From Malacoraja senta (lineage: Eukaryota): DNA of 64,000 nucleotides. Position numbers and translations under genes: made by a program. This document shows positions 48,710 through 61,042 of the stretch, in pieces (the first letter of the stretch is position 1; the number at the start of each line of letters is the position of its first letter). The notes beneath the pieces are model-generated. The model was not told where the DNA came from, did not search any database, and was given only the letters and a program-made list of their open reading frames with translations. Location: contig CM075988.1 in assembly GCA_038087875.1 (NCBI GenBank), positions 16,494,001-16,558,000 of the forward strand, in the 5' to 3' direction.

Positions 48710-51700
48710 CTTTATTGTCACATGTACTTGGTACAGTGATATTCTTGGGTTTGCATACAATACACAAGTATGCAAAGAGCCTCCATTTTTTCAGGCGCCA
48801 ACAAAATTACAAAAGTATTCAATATTGTCCCGGTGGTCCCTCTTCCTTCTTGGCGCATCCCCCCTCCCCACCCCTTCCCCACGCCAGGTCCCACTTTGTT
48901 CTCACCCTCCCCCCATCCCACAACATCCTGCGATGAGTCAGAGGGGGGGAGGGGGGGATGGAGGGTAGGGTGATGATAGTAATCAGCGTGCTGCGATAGT
49001 GGAGAAGACAAAATGGTGGCCATGGTAGAATGTGGTCGTTTTCTGCGACTTCACCCATCTCACACCTCACAGCCACATCTCTCCCTCCCAATATTACTGT
49101 TTGCCTCAAAGGATTAAAAAACCCACCTTGCTTTAGACTCTCCACCTACAACCTATACCTGGAGCCAGTGATACGCATACAAGCCACACTAGGAGGCCCT
49201 GCTTTGGCTACTCCACGTAAATCTCCTACCCAGCAATATTCCTGATCGCGATTGTAATATATTTCCAGGCACACTATCAAATCTAATAAAACCATTTTGT
49301 TGACGATTATATCTAGATTGAATGTGCGGCCCCAGTATAATGACTCCTCAATTCAAGATTTCCATTCCCAAGTAAAACAGGCATTATCACAACCGAGTAG
49401 GCAGCAGAGGCTGTTCGACAGCAACCTGTTTTTAATCCATTTGAGCTTTTGTGTGGAAATGTGATGATATAACCAAGGACACCGGGAACACTTCATGATG
49501 TTTTCAAGATTACAAAGAAGATTGACAAGGCTGAACACACACAGTTGTGAAGAGTTCAAATGGCTGAGTTATACATGAATTATAAGAAACAGAATATTTT
49601 CCCACTGTAATAACAGATCCATGGATATCAGGAAAGCTCACTCAATTGGACAACATAAATAGATTCAAATTAATGAGATTTTGCAACAAAATAATTTGTG
49701 GGATAGGACTAAAGGATGAAAAGATGGCGCTATTTATTAAAGAGGTTTGATGGGACTAAAAGGATTTTCTTGTTAACAAAAAAGATATCCTTTTTCACAG
49801 CTGATATAAGGAGAATGTTGTGCAGGCTAGATCAGTGTAGTTCACAATCTCAGTGAATTATGTAGAAAAAGTAAAACCAAACTGTATTTTAGTTTTAGTT
49901 TTAATTTTAGAGTTGCAGCGTGGAAACAGGCCCTGCGGCCCACTGCGTCCACGCCAACCAGCGATCATCCGTACGCCAGTCTATCCTACACACAATTTAC
50001 AGAGGCCAATCAATCTACAAACCTGTACGTCTATGGAACGTGGGAGGAAACCGGAGCACCCGGAGAAAACCCACGCGGTCACGGGGAGAACGTACAAACT
50101 CCGTACTGACAGCACCCGTAGTCTGGATCGAACCCAGGTCTCTGGCACTGTTGAGGTGGCAATGTTACCGCTGAACCACTGTGCCACAGAAATGCAAGGA
50201 ATTCCGGTTGTGACAGAGTGGGCAGTGCAATGTTGGAACATGCCTCCCCTCCCTGTAACTTGCTGGGCTAAATAGGTGGGTGGACATAGCCAGGATCTAA
50301 AGCACAACCCTCAGGTGAAGCACCAAAATGGCGTTGAGATCTTGGCTTTCAGAGATGGGCAGAGGGGTCTCTGAATTGGATAGGAGAGGAGAGGTCTGCC
50401 CATTCCCCTCGTCTCTATTTGCACCCACCAGTGCTAGTACCAGGACTAACCAGGACTTACAGACATCTTCCACCAGGTGGCAATGTTGAGTAGCGGGAGG
50501 AAACTGAAGGTACTGAGGCTAAGTCGCCGAAGAGAATCACTATCGAAAGATGCACCAGAGGAAGCATCCGATCAGGAATGCATCACAGCTTGGTACGGCA
50601 AATGCTCTGCCCAAGACCGTAAGGGATTATAGAGAGTTAGGAATGCAGCCCAGTCCATCAGTTCATCACACAGATCAGCCTCACCCCCGCCTTGATTCCA
50701 TCTACACTTCACGCTGCCTTGGGAAAGCAGCCAACATAATCAAGGGCCACTCAGACCCCACACATTGTCTTTCCTCCCCAGTCCCATTGGGCAGACACGT
50801 TGTATTATTACCTGCGTTTTCTCTAGCTGCATCACTATATTCTGCACTCTGTTTATTTTCTCTTTTGTCCCACCTGATATGCCCACGTATGGTAACATAT
50901 TCTTGGATAAACACCCAAGACAACCTCAGTTACTCTATACATGACAATTAGCAACCAGCCAACCAACCAGAATCACTGCCACTGTGGACCTGAACCTCAG
51001 CAAAAGTCACATAAAACGAATGAAATGAAATAAAGTATTACCAGGGAATGTCTCTCGGATAGGACACCAGGACAGAGATGCTCTGCCCCGACTCACCCTC
51101 ATCAGGCTTATGGACAATCCCTTCCAATATGTCACCAGTTTTGAACATAGAACAGCACAGCACAATAACAGGTCCTCTGGCCCACAATGGCTGTGCAGCA
51201 CATGATGCCAAGACCAAATCTTATCTGACTACATACAATCCACATCCCTCCATTCCCTGCATATCCATATGCCTATCCAGAAGTCTCTTAAAGCCACTAT
51301 CATATCTGACATCAACTATCGCCTCCGGCAGTACGTTCCAGGCACTCACCAACCTCTGTGTACAAAACTTGCCCCGTACATCTTCTTTACACTTTCCCAC
51401 TATATCAACTTAAAACTATGCCCTCTAGTATTTGAGTTACTTGAAAGTCAGCGAAGGGCAAACCTGCTAACTACTTTCTACATAGCATAAGGTCATAAGT
51501 GATAGGAGCAGAATTAGGCCATTCGGCCCATCAAGTCTACTCCACCATGCAATAATGGCTGATCTATCCTAACCCCATTCTCCTGCCTTCTCCCCATAAC
51601 CCCTGACACTCGTGCTAATCAAGAATCTATCTATAAAATTATCCATTGAGCATGATCCTGCTCAAACAACAAGGAAACCCATTATCCCTGGACTGTTAAT

Positions 51701-52299
51701 GACAGAGGAATGGTGTTTAGATTCCTTTGGGAGCTGACACTATATCTCCAACGGTCAACAACATGGTGAATGGTCCATGAAACTACCAGCGACAGGGAGT
51801 ATCCCAAGCCTCACCATGTCAACAATGCAAGGGGGGGAAACCCAACTCCTCATTCTGTGGTATTGATTCTGGGGCTGCTGGGATTTTCTTTTGTTTTGTT
51901 AAGCTATTTTTGTATTTGTATTCTTTCACAGGATGTGGAAGTTCCTGGCAGTGCAGTGATTTCTTTTCCACCGTTAATGGTCCCAGAGCTGATGAGGCTG
52001 CCGAGAACCAAAACACACCCTGGTGGAGAGTTTCTGCGAACCGCGTACGCAACTCACAAAGACTGAGACGGCACCTCGCTGATGAAATGCCATCCACCTG
52101 AAGCAATTTTTCTCTACCCATGCTGCACGACTCACCGCATATTTCCAGCATTTCCTGCTTTTTGTATCTAACATAGAAACATAGAAAATAGGTGCAGGAG
52201 TAGGCCATTCGGCCCTTCGAGTCAGCACCACCATTCAATATGATCATGGCTGACCATCCAAAATCAGTACCCCGTTCTGGCTTATTACCCATATCCCTT

Positions 52300-52680
52300 G
52301 ATTCTTGTCTTGTTTTATGTCTAATTGAACTATCGTAGAAGCTAACTGTTTCAGGACTGGGTGAGGGATGATCAAGAATATAGATAACGATCTCCTTAAT
52401 CTCTTATTTTCTATTCTTTCTCTTTCTATCTTTTTTTCTTCATTTTTCTTCTTTCACCCTTTTTCCTTTTCACACACTATATATCACACGTTTTTCTAGC
52501 TTTTATTATCTATTCTCTCTTTTTCTTTTTCATTATTTAAAAAAAAGAAGCTGTAGATAAAATGTAACGTCAATATATATTAGGCACCTTGGTGCCATAT
52601 TCCTGTACTTACTTCTAATAAAATAAAATTAAAAACAATTAAAAATAAATATTATTTAAAAAAAAAAAATAAAAAAAAAA
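52300..52680 (+). mobile_element. Poly(A)-tailed retroposon 3' UTR (L1/Tx1-like or retrocopy)
   Basis: T-rich tract, AATAAA at 52617, then a long degenerate A tail to 52680. Confidence 0.5.
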
Positions 52681-52882
52681 GAACTCTCAAAATTCAACAA
52701 TATCCAGGCTGTGAGATTTCATCAGAGTGGTGCCTTGACCCAGTCATATGAGTGTTATTACTGTGCCAAGCTGACAAGCGGAAACAAAAAATGTGGCAAC
52801 GTAGTTGTAACAATACATTAAAGACTGATGCTTCCAAATACAGAGCGAATGTCAGTGCTGCGGAATTAACATCTCCAAGTAC

Positions 52883-52981
52883 CTCGGATTGAACTGCCAC
52901 CATTGTCGCCAGGGATCCAAGCCAATGTAATGGAAGAGGCAGATGTCCGCGATACCGTCAGCCGAGGCTGGTCAGGTGGGA
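52883..52981 (-). CDS. DSCAML1: DSCAML1 exon, N-terminal part of penultimate FN3 domain: (V)[32 protein letters not shown]
   Basis: Found by manual translation (absent from ORF track); CTTTCCCAG acceptor, GTACTT donor, 99 nt, phase 1-1; links the 54350 and 15971 exons in frame. Confidence 0.96.
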
Positions 52982-54349
52982 CTGGGAAAGAGGAAGTATA
53001 TTGTAAGTGAAAAGTAAATTAAATTATTACATACATCAAATTTAATAACAAGCTTTGAGGTGCAGTGGGTTCTGAGTTGAAGGACGATCTTATTGAAACA
53101 TAGAAGACCCTAAAATGGGGCATGACTGGGTAGATATTTTCACCGGGGGAGGGGGAATCTCACACGAGCGGACAATGTTACAAGATCAGAATGTGGACAT
53201 TTAGAAGTTCCACGGTGGTGAATCCATGGAATTCTCTGCCCCAAAGTCTTGTAGAAACTGGATCATTAGATATTTCTAAAGAGGAGGTAGATAGATGTAT
53301 AAATGACTAGGGAATTGAGGACTGAAGAACTGGCCCAGAAGAGGAGTGGGGGCCTGTGGTAGACCATCCATGAATGTACATTGAAGGGTTAAGCTGGAGG
53401 GTTTGGGTGCATTACTCCTTCTCCTACTTTCTTGTGTCCTTATGTTCTTGAGACCTCTTACATTTATGGACCACTGGTTTTCATCTAACCCAACTGATGT
53501 TAGAATTTCTGTCAGCAGGCTATGGATCCCATTGTAAATGGAGTTGACCAGTTGCTAGAAACAGGGGCTCAATGTGAAATCTTTGGCTACAATCAAGGGA
53601 CAAAAGGCTTTAGAAAGGGGTAACGCACTAGATTATAGCGGAATAAGAGACTCCAGCTTTGAGGAGACAATAGAGAAGCTGGGGATGAGAAGTTGGGGTG
53701 TTTTAAAAGAGATATGTTAAATAAGGTCTTTATGATATGTGGTCAGTGTTTCATTTTCAGAACTAATGGTAGCCAGGGAGCTAAAATGAACAATACAGAG
53801 GTGGGGTTGATGTGACGTGGAATGCAGAAAGGGTCACAGAATCAAAGGCAGTACTATCTTTTAATAGGAATTGAATGAATACTTGATGGGTCTTTGGTGA
53901 AAGGGGTGAGGAGTGTATTCAATTGGACAATTCTTCAAAGTGTAGGGATAGGTGAAAAGAGGAGGAAAGGTTTTCATCAGGCCAATTCAGTTCTATTCTG
54001 GAGTAAAGGCGCTACCTTGAGATTATCAAGGGGGATAAACATGCACGTCCATAACCTTAGGTTATTTTAAATGTTTTTGGTTGTTATTTGGGGAAGTCCA
54101 AACTCCAAACATAAATGCCAATGCAACTCCATTGTCGAGACACAGTCAGCGTGGCGAAGATTTTTAAGAGGATTCCACTTTGAATCACGATCATTAAGAA
54201 TAAGGGGCGAGTGGAGATCGAGGGATTTGGGACAAGATGTCCAGAGTTTGAGGGAAACTAGCTGAAGACATTGTCACCATTAATGTGGCAACGTTGAAGT
54301 GCATGGAGGAGGAGTAAGGAACGAACGCTCACCAGGTGAACACACTCAC

Positions 54350-54513
54350 CTTGCACCAGGAGGTTGACAATGATTGTGTCGAAGCCCCAGGTATTTGTGG
54401 CCATGCAGGTGTAGTACCCAGAATCCTCTGCCTTGACCGAACGAAGGAACAAGGTGCCGTTGTTGTAGATCATTCTGTGGCCATCGACTTGCACTGGGAT
54501 AGCAGAGTGCTCA
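54350..54513 (-). CDS. DSCAML1: DSCAML1 exon, C-terminal half of last Ig domain: (S)[54 protein letters not shown]
   Basis: TTGCAG acceptor, GTGAGT donor, 164 nt, phase 2-1; Ig DSGxYxC motif; overlaps ORF 54258..54494. Confidence 0.97.
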
Positions 54514-56053
54514 CTGCAACAGACACCAAACTCTAGTTAATTATCACACAAGATTGACTTCCCTTCCCATTGAGATTTCTCATTGCAACACATCCATACA
54601 AGGAAGGACATAAAGTTCCAGAGAGACTGTGTAGATACCATGTAGTGGAAAGGTTCCAGCAAATAAGGGACAGGAGAGGCAGGGGTTGTTCTCATTGAAG
54701 CAAAGAAGGTTTGGGAGGAGATTTTATGGAGGTGATTTTATGGAGGTGTACGAGAACATGATGGGTCTTATTTAGGGTGAACAGAGCAAAGTTCTTTGCC
54801 TCAGCAGATAGTTTAAGGATCATGGGATATATAGACATAAAAGTCTAAAGATACAAGGGGACTGTGATGGAAAAAAATATTACAGAGAGAAAAAAAATTA
54901 CTCCGAGAAAAAATATCACCCAAAGAAGAAAATATTAGAAAGTGGTTACGAATTGGGATTTACTGGTTGTAACGGTGGTGGAAACTGAATCAATCAGAGC
55001 CTTCAGAAGGGAATTGGATGGGTACTTGAGGGGATAACTTGCAGGGATACGACGAACGAAGAGGACGATAATATGACTGCTTTACCAGGAGCCAACAAAT
55101 ATTTGTGTAGGAAGGAACTGCAGGTGCTAGTTTTCACCGAAGATAGATACAAAATGCTGGAGTAACTCAGAGGGTCAAATAGCATCTCTGGAGAAAAGGA
55201 ATAGGTGACAATACGTGTTGAGACCCTTCTTCAGGGTCTTGACCTGAAATGTCACATGTTCCTTTTCTCCAGAGATGCTGCCTGACAGGCTGTGTTATTC
55301 CAGCGTTTTGTGCCTATCAACATATACGTACTTGTTGGGCCAAATGGTCTCATCCAATGCTATAAGAATTCTATGATTGTATTTGATTCCATGAAGACTG
55401 TGAAGTTTTTTTGGTTGGTTGTTACAATGTTACAAAGTTGTCACATAAGTAGGAGATCTTTTCGACATATTATGTTTTGCTGTGTAGCCTATATTGCCTT
55501 CTTTTGCCTTGTCTTCGTTCACGAACTGAGGTTACCAACTCCAGATGGGCATAGTCATAAGGTCATAAGGTCATAAGTGATAGGTTAGAATTAGGCCATT
55601 CAGTCCATCAAGTCTACTCCGCCATTCAATCATGGCTGATCTATCTCTCCCTCCTAACCCTATTCTCCTGCCATCTCCCCATAACTGACACCCGTACTAA
55701 TCAAGAATCTATCTATCGCTACACTAAAAATATCCGCTGACTTGGCCTCCACAGCCTTCTGTGGTAACGAATTCCACAGATTCACCACCCTCTGGCTAAA
55801 GAAATTTCTCCTCTTCTCCTTCCTAGTCCTGGAGCTTTGCTCATACGACTACATGTTGAATAATCTCACCCTTACGTTCCTGCAACACATTCGTCACCAG
55901 CTCCTCATGGCAATTGGATGACTCCTTGCTCACAATCAAAGAACCCGCTTCCACTAAAGGAAAGACACAGAGTAACTGGAGTAACTCAGTGGGACAGGCA
56001 GCGTTTCTGGAGGAAAGGAATAGGTGATGCTTTGGGTCTGAACCCTTCATCAG

Positions 56054-57028
56054 AATAATAATAATAATAATAGATTTTATTTATATAGCGCTTTTCAGGA
56101 CTCAAAGTCGCTTTACATTGAGAGTCAGGAATAAACAATACAAAATAGAGCAGTAAGACAAAGGGGAGGGGAACATGGGACTAAGGGTATGCAGAGGTGA
56201 AGAGATGGGTCTTGAGGCGAGACTGGAAGATGGTGAGGGACTCAGAATTTCGGACCGGTTGTGGGAGGGAATTCCAGAGCCTGGGAGCTGCCCTGGAGAA
56301 GGCTCTGCCTCCAAAAGTGCAGAGATTTGCTTTCGGAGTGGAGAGGAGACCAGCTGATGTGGATCTGAGGGACCGTGAGGGTTGGTAGGAGGAGAGAAGG
56401 TCAATGAGATAAGGGGGGGCCAGGTTGTTGAGGGCTTTGTAGGTGAGGACCAGGATTTTGTAGGTGATCCGGTGGGAAATGGGAAGCCAGTGAAGTTCTT
56501 TGAGAACTGGGGTGATGTGGTGCCAGGATTTGGTGTGGGTAATGAGTCGAGCGGCTGCATTTTGAACCAGTTGGAGTCGGTTGATGCTGCTGGAATTGAT
56601 TCCGAAAAGAAGGGAGTTACAGTAGTCCAGTCGGGAGGAGATGAAGGCATGGATGAGTCTTTCAGCAGCGGGGGGTGCGAGAGAGGATTTGATTTTTGCA
56701 ATGTTGCGGAGGTGAAAAAATGATGTTTTGACAACATGGCGGATGTGAGGCTCAAGGGAGAGGGTTGAATCAAAGATCACGCCAAGGTTGTGGGCCTGAG
56801 GAGATGGGGAGACAGTGGTGCCGTCAATAGTGAGAGTGGGGTTGTTAATTTTAGTGAGTGTTGATTTGGAGCCAATGAGGAGAAATTCTGTTTTGCTACT
56901 GTTTAATTTAAGGAAGTTGAGTTGCATCCAAGATTTGATGGCTGATAGGCAGGAGTTGATATGGGAGAGAGGGGGGTTGTGGGGGGACTTGGTGCTGAGA
57001 TAGATCTGGGTGTCATCAGCATAGCAGA
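56054..57028 (-). mobile_element. L2-clade LINE, 5'-truncated RT C-terminus with (TTA)n tail
   Basis: YADDTQIY at about 57000-57023; LKLNSSKTE, NLGVIFD, SRLDYCNSLL, HITPVLKELHWLP, RAFS.AAPRLWNSLP, LKTHLF; 3' end GTAAAGCGACTTTGAG...AAAAGCGCTATATAAATAAA. Confidence 0.9.
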
Positions 57029-57887
57029 TTGGGGTGGTGTGGGGGGGGGGGGGGAACAGATGACCTCAAGAGTGGACTCCATAATGGTCCAATGTTGGTT
57101 GGGGAAGATGTGCTAACATGCGAGATATAAGGTAAATAGCATAATTTTATGATCCCTCCTTGGTCCTTTCAGTGAATTTGGTGCATTTCTAAGCTTCATA
57201 ACAGTCAAAGTGGGGGGTGGGAGGGGGGGGGGGGAATGCAGGAGTTACTTGAAATGAGGGAAATCAACGTTCATGCAGCTGGGTTGTAAGCTGCCCAAGG
57301 GGAATTGCTTTGGGATATGGTCTGAAGAAGGGTCTCAACCACATCACCCATTCCTTCTCTCCAGAGATGCTGCTTGACCCACTGAGTTACTCCAGCATTT
57401 TGTGTCTATCTTCGGTGTAAACCAGCATCTGCGGATCCTTCCTACACACTTGCTTTGAAATGTGCTGGGCCACCAGTAGCCACCAGAGGTCCGAGGGAAA
57501 CCCATGCAGTCACAGGAAGGAAGTGCAAACACCACACAGGTAGCACTGGGGTCGAACCCCAGTCATTGGAGCTGTGGGGTAGCGGCTCTTCTGGTTGCAG
57601 CACTCTGATCCCCACAGGCCGTTCAAAGTTGCTAAAGCGATTTTATTTAAAGCTGCAATGATTTAGCCTGCGGTTGGCAACATCAGTGTCCTGGAAATAA
57701 ATGTTCAGCTCTTGGAGAGTGCGGGGAGTTCCTGGAGGGCTGGTAAACCATTTGTGTGAGGTGAACGAGCTTGTCTGTGAAGGCCTGGGGAGGACCTTCT
57801 GATCACATTCACTAACGGATTCAGGAGACACTGCTCGCAGACGCGCCTTTGAGACGCACACAGAAACATCCTGCATATAACCTATTT

Positions 57888-58010
57888 GCAGGAAGGAGCT
57901 GCAGATGCCGAAGATAGACACAATAAGCTGGAGTAACTCAGCGGGACAGGCAGCATCTCTGGAGAGAAGGAATGGGTGACGTTTCGGGTCGAGACCCTTC
58001 TTCAGACTAT
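57888..58010 (-). mobile_element. Short Penelope-derived 3' module; other single-arm copies at about 3112-3232, 4035-4156, 23212-23370, 34600-34715, 36628-36724, 42643-42737, 61690-61800
   Basis: Same 130-nt module; TATAACCTATTT duplicated at 57876-57887 and 58011-58022. Confidence 0.85.
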
Positions 58011-58021
58011 TATAACCTATT

Positions 58022-61000
58022 TAGATACATAGATACATAGAAAATAGGTGCAGGAGTAGGCCATTCGGCCCTTCGAGCCCGCACCGCCATTCAATATGAT
58101 CATGGCTGATCATCCAACTCAGTATCCCGTACCTGCCTTCTCTCCATACCCCCTGATCCCTTTAGCCACAAGGGCCACATCTAACTCCCTCTTAAATATA
58201 GCCAATGAACTGGCCTCAACTACCCTCTGTGGCAGAGAGTTCCAGAGATTCACCACTCTCTGTGTGAAAAATGTTTTTCTCCTCTCGGTCTTAAAGGATT
58301 TCCCCCTTATCCTTAAGCTGTGACCCCTTGTCCTGGACTTCCCCAACATCGGGAACAATCTTCCTGCATCTAGCCTGTCCAACCCCATAAGAATTTTGTA
58401 AGTTTCTATAAGATCCCCTCTGAATCTCCTAAATTCTAGCGAGTATAAGCCGAGTCTATCCAGTCTTTCTTCATATGAAAGTCCTGACATCCCAGGAATC
58501 AGTCTGGTGAACCTTCTCTGCACTCCCTCTATGGCAATAATGTCCTTCCTCAGATTTGGAAACTAAAACTGTACGCAATACTCCAGGTGTGGTCTCACCA
58601 AGACCCTGTACAACTGCAGTAGAACCTCCCTGCTCCTATACTCAAATCCTTTTGCTATGAAAGCTAACATACCATTTGCCTTCTTCACTGCCTGCTGCAC
58701 CTGCATGCCTACTTTCAATGACTGGTGTACCATGACACCCAGGTCTCGCTGCATCTTCCCTTTTCCTAATCGGCCACCATTTAGATAATAGTCTGCTTTC
58801 CTGTTTTTGCCACCAAAGTGGATAACCTCACATTTATCCACATTATACTGCATCTGCCAAACATTTGCCCACTCACCCAGCCTATCCAAGTCACCTTGCA
58901 GTCTCCTAGCATCCTCCTCACAGCTAACACTGCCCCCCAGCTTAGTGTCATCCGCAAACCTGGAGATGTTGCCTTCAATTCCCTCATCCAGTTCATTAAT
59001 ATAAATTGTAAATAGCTGGGGTCCCAGCACTGAGCCTTGCGGTACCCCACTAGTCACTGCCTGCCATTGTGAAAAGGACCCGTTTACTCCTACTCTTTGC
59101 TTCCTGTTTGCCAGCCAGTTCTCTATCCACATCAATACTGAACCCCCAATACCGTGTGCTTTAAGTTTGTATACTAATCTCTTATGTGGGACCTTGTCGA
59201 AAGCCATCTGAAAGTCCAGATACAACACATCCACTGGTTCTCCCCTATCCACTCTACTAGTTACATCCTCGAAAAATTCTATAAGATTCGTCAGACATGA
59301 TTTACCTTTCGTAAATCCATGCTGACTTTGTCCAATGATTTCACCACTTTCCAAATGTGCTGCTATCCCATCTTTAATAACTGACTCTAGCAGTTTACCC
59401 GCTACCGATGTTAGACTGACTGGTCTGTAATTCCCCGTTTTCTCTCTCCCTCCCTTCTTAAAAAGTGGGGTTACGTTTGCTACCCTCCAATCCTCAGGAA
59501 CTACTCCAGAATCTAAAGAGTTTTGAAAAATTATCACTAATGCATCCACTCTTTCTGGAGCTACTTCCTTAAGTACTCTGGGATGCAGCCTATCTGGCCC
59601 TGGTGATTTATCGGCCTTTAATCCATTCAATTTACCCAACACCACTTCCCGACTAATCTGGATTTCACTCAGTTCCTCCATCTCCTTTGTCCCGCGGTCC
59701 CCTGCTATTTCCGGCAGATTATTTATGTCTTCCTTAGTGAAGACGGAACCAAAGTAGTTATTCAATTGGTCCGCCATATCCTTGTTCCCCATGATCAATT
59801 CACCTGTTTCTGACTGCAAGGGACCTACATTTGTTTTAACTAATCTCTTTCTCTTCACATATCTATAAAAACTTTTGCAGTCAGTTTTTATGTTCCCTGC
59901 CAGTTTTCTTTCATAATCTATTTCCCTTTCCTAATTAAGCCCTTTGTCCTCCTCTGCTGGTCTCTGAATTTCTCCCAGTCCTCTGGTATGCTGCTTTTTC
60001 TGGTTAATTTGTACGCATCATCTTTTGCTTTGATACTATCCCTGATTTCCTTGTTATCCACGGATGCACTACCTTCCCTGATTTATTCTTTTGCCAAACT
60101 GGGATGAACAATTTTTGTAGTTCATCCATGCAGTCTTTAAATGCCTTCCATTGCATATCCACCGTCAACCCTTTTAGAACTAATTGCCAGTCAATCTTGG
60201 CCAATTCACATCTCATACCCTCAAAGTTACCTTTCTTTAAGTTCAGAACCATTGTTTCTGAATTAACAATGTCACTCTCCATCCTAATGAAGAACTCAAC
60301 CATATTATGGTCACTCTTGCCCAAGGGGGCACGCACAACAAGACTGCTAACTAACCCTTCCTCATTACTCAATACCCAGTCTAGAATAGCCTGCTCTCTC
60401 GTTGGTTCCTCTACATGTTGGTTTAGATAACTATCCCGCATACATTCCAAGAAATCCTCTTCCTCAGCACCCCTGCCAATTTGATTCACCCAATCTATAT
60501 GTAGATTGAAGTCACCCATTATAACTGTTTTGCCTTTGTTGCACGCATTTCTAAGTTCCTGTTTGATGCCATCCCCAACTTCACTACTACTGTTAGGTGG
60601 CCTGTACACAACACCCACCAGCGTTTTCTGCCCCTTAGTGTTTCGCAGCTCTACCCATACCGATTCCACATCCTCCAAGCTAATGTCCTTCCTTTCCACT
60701 GCGTTAATCTCCTCTCTAACCAGCAACGCTACCCCACCTCCTTTTCCTTTCTCTCTATCCCTACTGAATATTGAATATCCCTGGATGTTCAGCTCCCAGC
60801 CTTGGTCACCCTGGAGCCATGTCTCCGTGATCCCAACTATATCATAATCATTAATAGCTATCTGCACGTTCAACTCATCCACCTTATTACGAATGCTCCT
60901 TGCATTGAGACACAAAGCCTTCAGGCTTGTTTTTACAACGCTCTTACCCCTTTTACAATTATGTTGAAAAGTGGCCCTTTTGATTTTTGCCCTGGATTTG

Positions 61001-61042
61001 TCTGCCTGCCACTTTTACTTTTTGATTTTTGCCCTGGATTTG
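58022..61042 (-). mobile_element. CR1-clade LINE (HER1-like), 5'-truncated but with near-complete ORF2 (APE endonuclease and RT) and (CTATGTAT)n tail
   Basis: LNARSI, GITETWL, VYRPP, GDFN, LDWVL, SDH; YRPVSLTS, YLDF..AFDKVPH, GVPQGSVLGP, FADDTKL, RPHLEYCVQF, LWNSLP; two frameshifts and one TAG. Confidence 0.96.

Noticed and set aside
48429..48775. SIYL/SIHP repeat proteins
   Set aside because: Translations of the GATA/GATG microsatellite.
15972..52882. Insect Dscam1-style arrays of duplicated alternative exons in the 37-kb intron
   Set aside because: No additional Ig, FN3 or TM exon-like sequence recognised, and the flanking exons join without a gap. A very diverged exon could have been missed by eye.
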